A stretch of 64,000 nt of DNA, taken from IMG/VR virus record IMGVR_UViG_3300042934_000212, one strand, 5' to 3'. The position numbers and the translations under genes were made by a program. The notes beneath the pieces are model-generated. The model saw only the letters and a program-made list of their open reading frames with translations, was not told the origin of the DNA and searched no databases. Of the stretch, positions 44,646 to 55,127 are shown in pieces; position 1 is the first letter of the stretch, and every line of letters starts with the position of its first letter. The DNA comes from a virus (lineage: Duplodnaviria; Heunggongvirae; Uroviricota; Caudoviricetes).

Positions 44646-45037
44646 GATATTATTTCTTTTCTTCGCCGCAGTACTCGCACTGTACAACTTCTTTCGGCTC
44701 ACCACCTTCTTCACCAGTGATAAACTCTGATGGGATGGATTGTTTCTGGTAGTTATGACCTGCACCAGATGCGGCACACTCATTGTATGGGAATGACATA
44801 TTAACCTCTTTTACGACGCATTAGTTTACGTAAAGCTAAAAATGGATTAGCTGGTTCTTTAATTGCCTCTTGTACTTTACCAAAAGATTCTTCAGAAAGT
44901 ACTTTACTGTTTGTTTGAACGATTCCGGTAGTATTACAAGGATGACATTCATACATCATACCATCACCAGCATAATGCCAGCCATCACCATTACAAGAAG
45001 TACACTTATCCATGATAATCTCTCTTAATTAAAAGGG

Positions 45038-45147
45038 TGCATAAAGTAGGGTTCGAACCTACAAGGGAACCTCGCGGTTGCTCCCGAAGTCCTATCTTCG
45101 CTTTCGCTATTGTCGGACTCTCCGTTTACCAATTCCGGCATTTATGC
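45038..45147 (-). ncRNA. Leu-type tRNA-like RNA with 22-nt expanded anticodon loop
   Basis: GCATAAA/TTTATGC, D-arm CCGGAATTGGTAAACGG, GAGTCC-22nt-GGACTT, long variable arm, T-arm. Confidence 0.65.
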
Positions 45148-45149
45148 AT

Positions 45150-45234
45150 TGGTGCGTCTGGTCGGACTCGAACCGACAAGCCATACGGCGGGGGATTTTA
45201 AATCCCCTGTGTTTACCAATTTCACCACAGACGC
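45150..45234 (-). tRNA. tRNA-Leu(UAA), second copy
   Basis: GGGGA-TTTAAAA-TCCCC; CCA. Confidence 0.93.
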
Positions 45235-45246
45235 TTTGTTCATCTT

Positions 45247-45439
45247 ATATAAGTGTAGGCGTGTTCCGACGACCTCGTGTTAGTTGCTCGACATATTATG
45301 TCGCTACCTTTAGTGCGGCGGGTAGAGGGAATCGAACCCCCGTAGCGATGAAACGCATTGACTAAGCTAGCACGTCAATTGAGGTCGCCAACCTCATACC
45401 CGCATCGATAATCGATGAACCACTAAAGCTCACTTATAT
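45247..45439 (-). ncRNA. Structured RNA enclosing an internal tRNA-like domain (45318-45403)
   Basis: Outer stems ATATAAGTG/CACTTATAT and CTTTAGTG/CACTAAAG; inner cloverleaf with 11-nt loop and no CCA. Confidence 0.55.
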
Positions 45440-45447
45440 TTTAAATT

Positions 45448-45523
45448 TGGTGCAGACAGCAGGATTCTAACCTGCGTCCATACATTCGGAATGTATGTGT
45501 TTTAACCCATAAACTATATCTGC
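45448..45523 (-). tRNA. Atypical tRNA-Arg(CCG)
   Basis: CATACA-TTCCGAA-TGTATG; T-loop TTAGAAT; CCA. Confidence 0.7.
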
Positions 45524-45524
45524 T

Positions 45525-45599
45525 TGGTGCCCCTGACAGGATTCGAACCCGCGAATCACGGTTTTAGGGACCGCTGTTCTACCATAGAACGGCAGGGGC
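45525..45599 (-). tRNA. Non-canonical tRNA with CUA anticodon (putative amber suppressor)
   Basis: GCCCCTG/CAGGGGC-ACCA; GCGGT-CCCTAAA-ACCGT places CTA at 34-36; C8 and C33; D-stem extendable to 6 bp. Confidence 0.75.
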
Positions 45600-45619
45600 G
45601 TTGTTGTCTTGATGTATCT

Positions 45620-45648
45620 ATTATACCACAGTTTTTCGAGCCGTTTCA
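45620..45648 (-). promoter_or_regulatory. Phage promoter TGAAAC-N17-TATAAT
   Basis: Immediately upstream of the CUA tRNA and the 44-45.6 kb RNA cluster. Confidence 0.7.
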
Positions 45649-47060
45649 ATTTTTTCTTCAATTTTCAACGGCTTGGGCAAAAATCAATCAGTACTTTTAC
45701 GTAGCTCAATGCAATGTGAGATATAAGTTCCTACCCACCAGCATAGTACTACAAGATTTACTACAGGTAAACTGCAAACTAAAATTATCGCTACAGTTAA
45801 ACCCCAAATATTTCCGAAGCTATAGCCAAACTTTGAATCTGGTTTGCAATAGCCCAACAAGCATAGAATATCGTATACTGCAAAGCATAAGAACATTACA
45901 ATTCCAATTGCTAAGCACAACCAAAGATACCCATACCAAATAGTTAATAACATAGGTATCCTTAGTACTGGTAGCGTTCAACAAACTTGTTCTGACGAAC
46001 ATCGAACACATGATGCCATGTATCAGTAGGTTCAAGTACAACCACGTCGATAATGAAACCTTCTTCAGTATCGCCTGTCCATGTATCTTCGAACATATAT
46101 GGACGACTAATCCACACACGAACGGTTCCATCTAAATCAATGGTTACATAACGAACATGTGAATGAACTTTAATAACTTGACCATTAATATTACAGTCAA
46201 GGAAAAGCTGTTCTTTCATTTTCATATCATAACCTTAATCGTAGTACGTGTCAACAAAAGAATGATTATCAACTGAATAAAGTTTAGTCCAGGTGTCACC
46301 ATCTTCCATTGTAACCTGATACGCCCTGATACTACTGGAACGATCATGATACCAATAACCTTCTGACATGTAAGGAAGCTCCAGCCAGAATTCTACACGC
46401 CCTGCCATGTCAATTGATATGAACTTCACACCGTATGGAACTGAAAGCTCAGCACCATTTACATTACAGATGGTTTCGTTCTTAGCGAGTACTTTCATGT
46501 TTCTTTTCACTCTTTCGTGTCGATGAAAAGATTATACTCTTAAAACTCTGCTTTAATCAAGGCTTTTTTTCATCTTTTTTAAGCTCGTGTACGGGCATCT
46601 GTGGGGTTTTCGTCGCAGCCCTGATGCGGTCAAGCATTGACTGTTTCGGTGGCTGCTGCTCGTTCTGCTTTGCGTTGCTCATATCTTCTGCTCCACTCGT
46701 CATGTTGATAGGATACCCAAAAATGAACCCAACCAATGTTTTCATGGGTAGCTAAATCTTGTTGTCTTAGATGATGTAGTACAAATTTAATTTCATCATC
46801 CTCATTCATATCATGAGCATCTTCTTCTAATGCTTCATTGAAATGACGGTACTGAGTACTAGCTAAACTTTCTACTGTACGGTCATTAGTATTGCACCAG
46901 AAGAAGTTTATGTCAATTATTTCAGACCATCTGATAGTACCTAAACTAGCAGGATCTGGATATTCAATCCATTCTTTAATTTCGTATTCCCATAACAGTA
47001 CTTCCATACGTTCCCACTATAAACGAAAAAACCCAAGACTTAGCTTGGGCTTAATATTGT

Positions 47061-47135
47061 TGGCACTCCCACCTGGAATCGAACCAGGGACTAGAACTTA
47101 GAAGGTTCCTGTTATTTCCACTTAACTATAGGAGC
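47061..47135 (-). tRNA. tRNA-Arg(UCU)
   Basis: GGAAC-CTTCTAA-GTTCT; CCA. Confidence 0.9.
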
Positions 47136-48191
47136 ATTGTAGTACCGAAAATGATTCGGTACTTTATATTTATATTAATTCAGCTTCATTGAATTCGCTG
47201 AATGTCATTTGTGCTGTTTGTAACTTACCATTGTAGTAGTAAGTACATTCAACATCACCTGGTTCTTCACCGTGTCGAATACAAGTGAAAATTATGCCAG
47301 GCATGAAAGCACTTAATGAGATCAAATCTTCTTTTTCGTTATACCAAACGGCATCGGTATCTGTACTAATTTGGTTATTACGGATGTAAAAGGTTTCACT
47401 ATCAACAATCTCACGTAATTTGTTTTGAATAAAGTTTAAATCAACCTTAGCATCTTTAATGCCAGGTGGTAGTACATTTAGCTTAGCTGTAATATTGAAT
47501 GAAGAGTTGTAGCCCATTTAGTCCTCGATTGTTTCTTCTTGCTCGTTAATAATATAATCCAAGTCTTCAGTACTACAATCTTGAAGCCACGCAGTACGTT
47601 CTTCTTGAGTCTCAAAGACAAAGATAAATCCATGATAACCAAAGCCGTATGGAGAACCATAGCTTTCATTCAAATCATCATAGATAGTTACGTTTTCTGT
47701 AATCATTTTATTCCCTTAAGTATTACAAATTTCCGAATACTTTTTTGTTAGTAAATCATAGTCATCAATAACTGGTTTTACATTCTTAGTACTGTTAGTT
47801 TTATAATAACCAAGTTCAATGATATATGTCCATCCGGTGCAGTCACCATATCCAGAAAATGTGGCAATTAGATGATCGTTCGGATGAATATCATTATTCT
47901 CAGCATATGCTTTAGCAAAAGAATAGATGTACCCTTTATTTTCAGTACCGTGAAGAATACCCGCAACATGTTCACGAGCGTTAATTGTTCCACGTGGGAT
48001 AGAAAACCATTGACCGCGACGATCATAGTCATAATCGAATAGTTCGACTTCTTGATCTTTGTCGTGATGTTGGAAAATCATAGTACTTAAAAGTACGGTT
48101 TCTTCAGTTTGTGAACGAAACAGATTAAACGTGAGCGTTGGTGTAGACATTACGGTATCTCTTTATCTGGCACCCGAAGGTGCCAGTATTG

Positions 48192-48758
48192 TTATTTAGG
48201 TAAAGAGTTCAAATACTTTTTACCCGCTTGAATTAGCTTCTTCTTTTTGATTTTAAAAGAAGTGCTATCCTGACCGCCAAACATTGTGCAGTTCGCGAGA
48301 ATTTCAGCCCACGCTGTCATATATAGAGTTGGTGCAAGGGGATCTGTCCAGATGGTTTCAAAGTCGTCAGACTTCGCCATATGAAAGGTCATATCTTTGC
48401 GGATCAATTCTTGTATTACAGTTTCTTCAGGGAAAAGATGCATCCACGTATCAGCACTAACATTAGCGTGATCGGGAAAATGCACTTTACCTTCTTCATC
48501 AACTACACGACATAATGGTTTACCACAGTCATGATATTCTTGGTAACGTAGTACTATATCATTGGATAATAACTTTCCTTTGATTTTTTCATATACTTCA
48601 AGTAATACAGGATCGCCCTATCCAGTGTCTAATTCAGAAATTAGTACTTTATACTGCTCCTGAACCATCAGACCATGTGCATGTACACTTAGTCCTTTCA
48701 TCTGTTCGGTTGTTTGCATTACATGTAGTAAGTCTTCGAAAGTGTTTGGATAAATCAT
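48192..48758 (-). CDS. HD-domain protein with in-frame TAG at codon 47 (188 aa if read through)
   Basis: ATGA overlap with the upstream stop; SVHAHG...DTG*GDP...YHDCGKP...HFPDHA; only internal stop is TAG at 48618-48620. Confidence 0.75.
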
Positions 48759-49093
48759 TTAGCACCTCCGTTGAAAAGTTGATACTTACGGAAGATACTA
48801 CGCTGTTCAGCAGTTACTGGAGCACTTGCAAAGGCGGTGAAGCCATAATCCCAATCCGGTTCGAAGAACTGAACAAAGTCAATCCCTAATCCCTGGAGTT
48901 CATCGTATGCTTTTTGTAACTTATGTTTATTCTTACACGAAATCACAATAAGAGAACTTGTCTCAGTACTGTCATTTTCGAAGGCCAAGCCGCTTTCATA
49001 AGCTGCGTGGTTTGATTGTACTACTATTTGCTCGATTGGAAGATCCGTTCTTACAAATACATAAATCCAAGTTTTTTCATTCTAGTGAGCCAT
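48755..49093 (-). CDS. Pth2-like (peptidyl-tRNA hydrolase fold) protein with in-frame TAG at codon 4 (112 aa if read through)
   Basis: AAGGA RBS, ATG GCT CAC TAG AAT...; WIYVFVRTDLP...VQSNHAA...FFEPD...TAFA. Confidence 0.75.
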
Positions 49094-49780
49094 TTTTATT
49101 TCCTTAGTTATTGTACCACGATATGTGGGTTACTGATTTACTGTACTTACACGCTGCAAGTACTTTTAATGTACTATTCATAACATACATTTCGTATTTT
49201 CCATTACTAGGAACACCGAAACCGTCAGATGGGATAAATGCTCCACATTCAACCATGTCATGAAATTCTTCAACAGTATAAAGTACGCCGCCGTAAATAC
49301 CGAACTGAACGGGTCTTTTTGTACTGTTTATTAATGATTCCCAATCAATTTCAATTACAGCAGGAACTACAACAAAGCTACTGTTATAAATGAACGTCTG
49401 AGAACTTTCACTATATACGACAATTGAATTTGTTGCTGGATCGTGCCATGCATTTTCAATCTTTTCATACAGTTCAGTGTCACCAACTTTAACCAGTACT
49501 TTACCAATTAAAGATTTACAGATGAAATCCTGAACATTGTCAAATTCAAACATATTAGCCTATTAATTATTATGTCCTACCTGTACTGGTACAACACCGA
49601 GTTCAACTAAATCAATTTTAAGATGTGGGAATTCATCTTCCCAATCTTCACCGTACAGGCGTACCATTTCATCGTAGGTATCCTGACGGTATTTAAACAT
49701 AGTGGACAGAATCAGATCAGTACTCCGAGTATCATGTCCAGCCCAATATTTAGGTTTGTGCTTTGGTGCAATTTCCATTG

Positions 49781-50485
49781 TTACATCCCGAATGAATCAT
49801 CGTCAGCATAATGTTTCTTAGTGATTGCAATTTTATCATTAGGGTACTTGTGGTTATTGACAAATACGATGATATTACCGTTGTTCACTGAGTCGATTAA
49901 GTAACGAACAGTTTTCTTTTTGGTATATACTTTCAGTACTACACCAGTATCATTTACAACTTCACCATTTGCAGTAGTTTCGAATTCAACTTCATCCAAA
50001 ACATTCGGCAAACCTTTAAGCAATTCTTTAATTGCATTTTGCTGACGTTCGAAAGATTCACGCTTCAGACGAAGACCATTTTTAGCAATGTACTCGACTG
50101 AAGTAAAATCAAACATTTCAAATGTAGTGATACTACCCTGTCCATGAATGGTACTGATACGAATCCCGTACTTAGGAAGTTCCTGGATGTATTCAGACCA
50201 ATATTCATCGTCACCTTCATAGGTACGAGCGTTTTTACTGATGTAGTTCCAGAATAACTTACTCATTTCTGGTTCTGGAAGGTTATCGTATTTTGGTTCA
50301 AATACGTATACACCATCTACCATGAAACCTTTAAGATATTCGATATCCTTAGCAAAGGCTTCTTCGTCATAAGCTTCTTCTTGTTCTTTAGTGAACCCGT
50401 AGAAACTCAAGTGGGATTCTTCTGGAGACATATTTTTGATATTTTCCAGTGCTGCATCCAGTGACTTACGCATTTTTTCGTTCAC
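49781..50485 (-). CDS. Hypothetical protein
   Basis: 234-aa ORF in gene run. Confidence 0.65.
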   Translation of the reverse strand: MNEKMRKSLDAALENIKNMSPEESHLSFYGFTKEQEEAYDEEAFAKDIEYLKGFMVDGVYVFEPKYDNLPEPEMSKLFWNYISKNARTYEGDDEYWSEYIQELPKYGIRISTIHGQGSITTFEMFDFTSVEYIAKNGLRLKRESFERQQNAIKELLKGLPNVLDEVEFETTANGEVVNDTGVVLKVYTKKKTVRYLIDSVNNGNIIVFVNNHKYPNDKIAITKKHYADDDSFGM

Positions 50486-51257
50486 AATTTATGCCTCGGT
50501 AAATGAACCATCATTTCCATTCTTCATAGACCCTGCCATGTGACGGGAAATTTCAATAGATTTTTCTGGTGATATTTGCACTAAGTTATAGCTGCACTCA
50601 CTGCCACACGTTCCCAAAAAGGATTGAAAGTTTTCTTCTACGTGCTTCACGGCTTGTAGTGTAGATACTACCACTACTTCAGGTACTTGTCCAGCTAAAG
50701 CTGCGTTAACGTCATCAATTAATGACTGAATAAAACTTACTTTAGCTTTGCACAAAACAAACGCATAAGACTCACCATTACCAAGTGCATCATTAATGCG
50801 ATTGTTTAAATTAGAAACCTTAGTACTTAAAAGTACAAGGGCTTCATTTAAAAATTCTTTATTTTCTTCGCTCATAGCACAGATTCCACCATTTTATTCA
50901 ATGCAACTGCTAAACAAATAATATCAGAAAGTTGATGATCGTCTGTGTCTCGACTGAAGTCACCATTAGGCTCAATTCGATTAAGCTGAAGTAATAAACC
51001 TAATAGTTTCTTCATTAACTCTGTATACATACTTATTGTACTGAAATGAAACTTATCATCGTGATAAACAATTAATGCTGCAATAGCATTAATATTTTCT
51101 TCACATTTTTTAATTTCGTCATGAACGTAAAACATCATAATACCTAACGGTAGTCACCTGTGTTTGGTTTAATGTTTCGATAACGCCACTCTCAGATATG
51201 TAGTGGTAGATTACCGTGTTATTTTCTATCTCTTTTCGTACAACTTTTAATTCTTTT

Positions 51258-52139
51258 TTATTCTTGTTGCTTAGGTACAATAACACGATATATCTCTCTT
51301 AATAGATGCTCAATAACTGGAACTGTCCAACCATTACCAAGCATCTTGTAAGCTTGTGTATTCGATGAAACTTTGAAAAAATCGTCTGGAACTCCTTGAC
51401 AACGACAACATTCTATAACAGAAAGCTTACGATAGTCAACTCCATTTTTACCTGATTTTAACAAATATTCTCGATCAATAGGTTCTTTGAAGAATACAAT
51501 CTGTCTACGAGATTTATTGAAGTACTGATTACAGTCGCCGCCCTTAAAATAATTGGCATCTATGCAATATGATTTGGAACGATTGGTAAATCCACTTTCC
51601 AGAATATCCTGTAATTGTACAGAATCATACGATGGTGGAGGTATTACCATATTGTCAGTACTTATCCAGTAATAACGCTGCCTGTAATGTGCAGTGTAAT
51701 TTTCGGAGTTTATAAGTACTGGTGTTCTTCCAATAATTCCAGAACAGTATTCTTCAAAATCATTTTTCATCTTGACGTTTTCAAATAGATAGTTAACGTC
51801 AGGATTAACAGACTTTATATGATTGAAAATATCAATCATTGTGTGAAACAACATACCACGTGGATCTGTTGTTCCACCTTGTTTACCTGCCACGCTCCAT
51901 GCCTGACAAGGGAATCCACCCATAAGAAGATCGATAGAACTCCAGTCAATATCCCATTCTTCCCACTTAGTCACATCACCCAATTGAATAATGTCAGGGA
52001 AGTTTGCTTGACTCTCTGCAATTGCAAACTTATCAATCTCAGATGAATAGTATTTGTCTACTTCAATACCTGCATTCTGCAATGCCATATATCCGCAGGA
52101 CATGCCGTTGAATAACGACAGTACTGTGATCGGTTTCAT
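51258..52139 (-). CDS. DNA (cytosine-5)-methyltransferase
   Basis: SLFNGMSCG (I), GGFPCQAWS (IV), FENV (VI), R.RYYW (VIII), YKMLGNGW (X). Confidence 0.92.
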   Translation of the reverse strand: MKPITVLSLFNGMSCGYMALQNAGIEVDKYYSSEIDKFAIAESQANFPDIIQLGDVTKWEEWDIDWSSIDLLMGGFPCQAWSVAGKQGGTTDPRGMLFHTMIDIFNHIKSVNPDVNYLFENVKMKNDFEEYCSGIIGRTPVLINSENYTAHYRQRYYWISTDNMVIPPPSYDSVQLQDILESGFTNRSKSYCIDANYFKGGDCNQYFNKSRRQIVFFKEPIDREYLLKSGKNGVDYRKLSVIECCRCQGVPDDFFKVSSNTQAYKMLGNGWTVPVIEHLLREIYRVIVPKQQE

Positions 52140-54554
52140 AGAAATCCTTTTCTATAAAGTAATTATTTTTCTTGTGCACAAGGTATAACGTTATAGTACT
52201 CGTACAACTTGTACATTAAATCTTTTGCCTCTTTTAGTGCGACTTCATTCCATACACCAGAAGGTTCAGAGAACTTGCATTCGTTCATCTTAATGATACT
52301 GGTTTTTGCATTTTCTGAATCGTCCCAAATGTTTAGACCCGCAGACATTTTCCACGGCATCATACATAACTGGTATTCGACTTCACTGGCACTGTCTCTG
52401 TACTTAACTTGTGCATAGCGTTCATAAATGAACACATCAAATTCATCTGAGTAGAAATCCCCCTCAATATTGGATTTCTTAGAAACCTTACTACCATCAC
52501 GTTCAATGATAATTTCAGGATTAGTACTCAGATATGAAAAAGCACGGTCAATTACTTCAAGTTCTGAAAGATGCTTAGAAGTCATCGCTATCCCCGTAAC
52601 GCTCATCCATGTAATCATCGTCACGATCAAGAAACTCTTGACGGCGAATGATTTTAGAACGTGCTCCAGGGTTATGAGTGCTTACATCATTAAAATTGTA
52701 CACAGTAGTTTCACCGCTAAGTACAAAGTTTACCGCTTCAAGCATAAGTTCCAATGAACCCTTAAGCTCGACAATAGCATCACGTTCAGAAAAACCTGAA
52801 CCGGTTGGAGTAATATTACCAGTACCTCCAACGTTATCACCGTAATATACTTCTACGATAGAAGCAGTATGTTCTACAGTGCCGTCCTTATGGGTGAACG
52901 GCTCTACCACTACACGATTATTCCAAGACACTCTCGGCTCCTTTAATAATTTTCTCGTAGTGTTTATTTTCTACGAGTTGACGATAGGTACTTGTTGCAC
53001 TTTCAAGATGCAACTTGTTTTTTACCCACTCGATTGTTTTAATATGTTCCACCAGCAAACTACTACTACTAGAAATTTTCAATCGTTTTATTGGATTGCT
53101 TTCTGGAGTAGAATCATATGCAGTAACTAAACGTTGGTTACACGCTTTCATTGCATTGATTGCGGTATCTAAATTTTGACGATAGATAATCAAAAATTCT
53201 GGATTCATTTTAATCTCACTTAATAACAGTAAATTCGTGTTGGTCTTCTGGAAGTTCATCAATTGTAATGACTTTAAGAAGACCACGATTCATGTACATG
53301 TTGAATACTGGAAAGTAATTACCAAAAATTACTTCCAAGTCAACTTGTTCTTCAGTGACAACTACCTGTTCTTCGCCAGTGTTCAAACGACGCCACAACT
53401 GACGATGGATTTCAAGAGTTTTGAATTCTTCGTTATCAAGTACACGACGCGAACGAGCAGGTTTAGACATTTTCTTTATCTCACATTTTTAGCAACTGGA
53501 TATGACTATAATATACAGTAACATTACCCTGTGAGTCAACACTTTTTACTGGTTTTTCAAAGATTACGAACGTTTTCGGATCGTAACTTGTCATCATAAA
53601 TGTCTTATCATTACGGATACTGGTTAAAATATACGGCACTTAATAAACTCCATTATCTTTTTTATTTTATTTGGTTTTTCATCAACTACCCGTACTGAGT
53701 CTCCATAATAATAGCTACGTTCTTCTCGATCAGTACCCATATTGATGAAACCATACACATGAACAGTATATTCTTGTTGTACGATTTCTTGAACTATCAG
53801 ATGATCATTACGGTCATTAATGATTATTACATCATCAACAGCAATGTTCTTAGCTTTTTTGTACATGAATCATGTTACCCTTTTCATACTCAACGGGGAT
53901 GTTGATTTCCCGCCAGGATAGTTTTGCATTACTGGTTACATTACTCACTAACAATGCAATGAACATTTGACCATTCTTTGCAAACAAACCTTTAGTACTA
54001 TCGCGTTCGTAAACTGGAAGCACTTTATAACCACCTGAGCACTTAATAAGTACTTCAGCATTTTCAATCTTAGTAAACATCGTCGGGGTGTCCGTAAATT
54101 AATAGTAATTCGCCTGATGGACTGTATTCGCGAGTTACGATGCCTTTACGGTCGGTTCCACGAGTCCAGTTAATCATACTTACCTTCGTTCCATCTTCAC
54201 ATGAATAGAAAGTATTATGTTCCTTGTCAGTAGTGCTTGGACAAGATTCATTCTTCAACTTAGTCAGTGCTGCTGCGTACATAAGCTCGTCCTGACGTTT
54301 TGGTTCTTTGGCTTTTTGTTCCTGTGCAATCTTATCTGCACGTTCTGCATTCTCTGGTGATACCTGTGAAATATACAGATTGATACACGTAAAGAATATC
54401 CAGAAAGCAATGAACCAATTCAGATTTTTGTCACCCATACTTTTCTCCAGATAAAAAAAAAGCTGCGTAAGCAGCTATAAACTTAACATTATGATTGTAC
54501 TTAAAAAATACAAAATGTCAAGACTAATCAGAGGGCGTGATTAAAAAAATTAAA

Positions 54555-54639
54555 TGGTGGGGATGGTCGGACTCGAACCGACACGCCCGAAGGCACCAGA
54601 ACCTAAATCTGGCGTGGCTGCCAATTTCACCACATCCCC
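54555..54639 (-). tRNA. tRNA-Leu(UAG)
   Basis: CCAGA-TTTAGGT-TCTGG, variable arm, CCA. Confidence 0.93.
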
Positions 54640-54652
54640 ATTCTATACTTAT

Positions 54653-54681
54653 ATTATACCACAAAACTTTTTATTGTTTCA
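54653..54681 (-). promoter_or_regulatory. Phage promoter TGAAAC-N17-TATAAT
   Basis: Directly upstream of tRNA-Leu(UAG). Confidence 0.7.
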
Positions 54682-54701
54682 TTTATTTTGCGGTATTTTA
54701 T

Positions 54702-55127
54702 TTACCAACAACGTAAACGTTTAGCTGCTTGGATTTCTTCTTTGTTAGGGTAGATGATTAGACCCGTCTGAGTTAGACCATCAAAGAAGTTAAATCCGTA
54801 ATCGAAAATATCCAGTACGAAATATCCTGGTGGATAATCATAGCCGCCAATCTGTTCGAGTACTTTATCTTTGACTTTATTCATATGGTCTTCATCCTTC
54901 AACTTAAGGATAATTTTGCGGCGACCTTCTGTGTGCCAGCCTTCGAAGTTGGCAACAGGTAGAATTAAATCTTCGTTATCTTCTTTACGGGAACGCACTT
55001 TGTACTCATTATAAGTACCCCATACTTGGTCCAAACCATGACCAACCTGTGCAGCGAACTTACCAATAGGCATGTTCAAATCTTCACGTAAAAGCACATA
55101 ACATTTATATTGAAGAACTGGCTTCAT
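54702..55127 (-). CDS. Peptidyl-tRNA hydrolase, Pth2 family
   Basis: YVLLREDLNMPIGKFAAQVGHG...W...GRRKIILK...IFDYG...T. Confidence 0.8.
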   Translation of the reverse strand: MKPVLQYKCYVLLREDLNMPIGKFAAQVGHGLDQVWGTYNEYKVRSRKEDNEDLILPVANFEGWHTEGRRKIILKLKDEDHMNKVKDKVLEQIGGYDYPPGYFVLDIFDYGFNFFDGLTQTGLIIYPNKEEIQAAKRLRCW

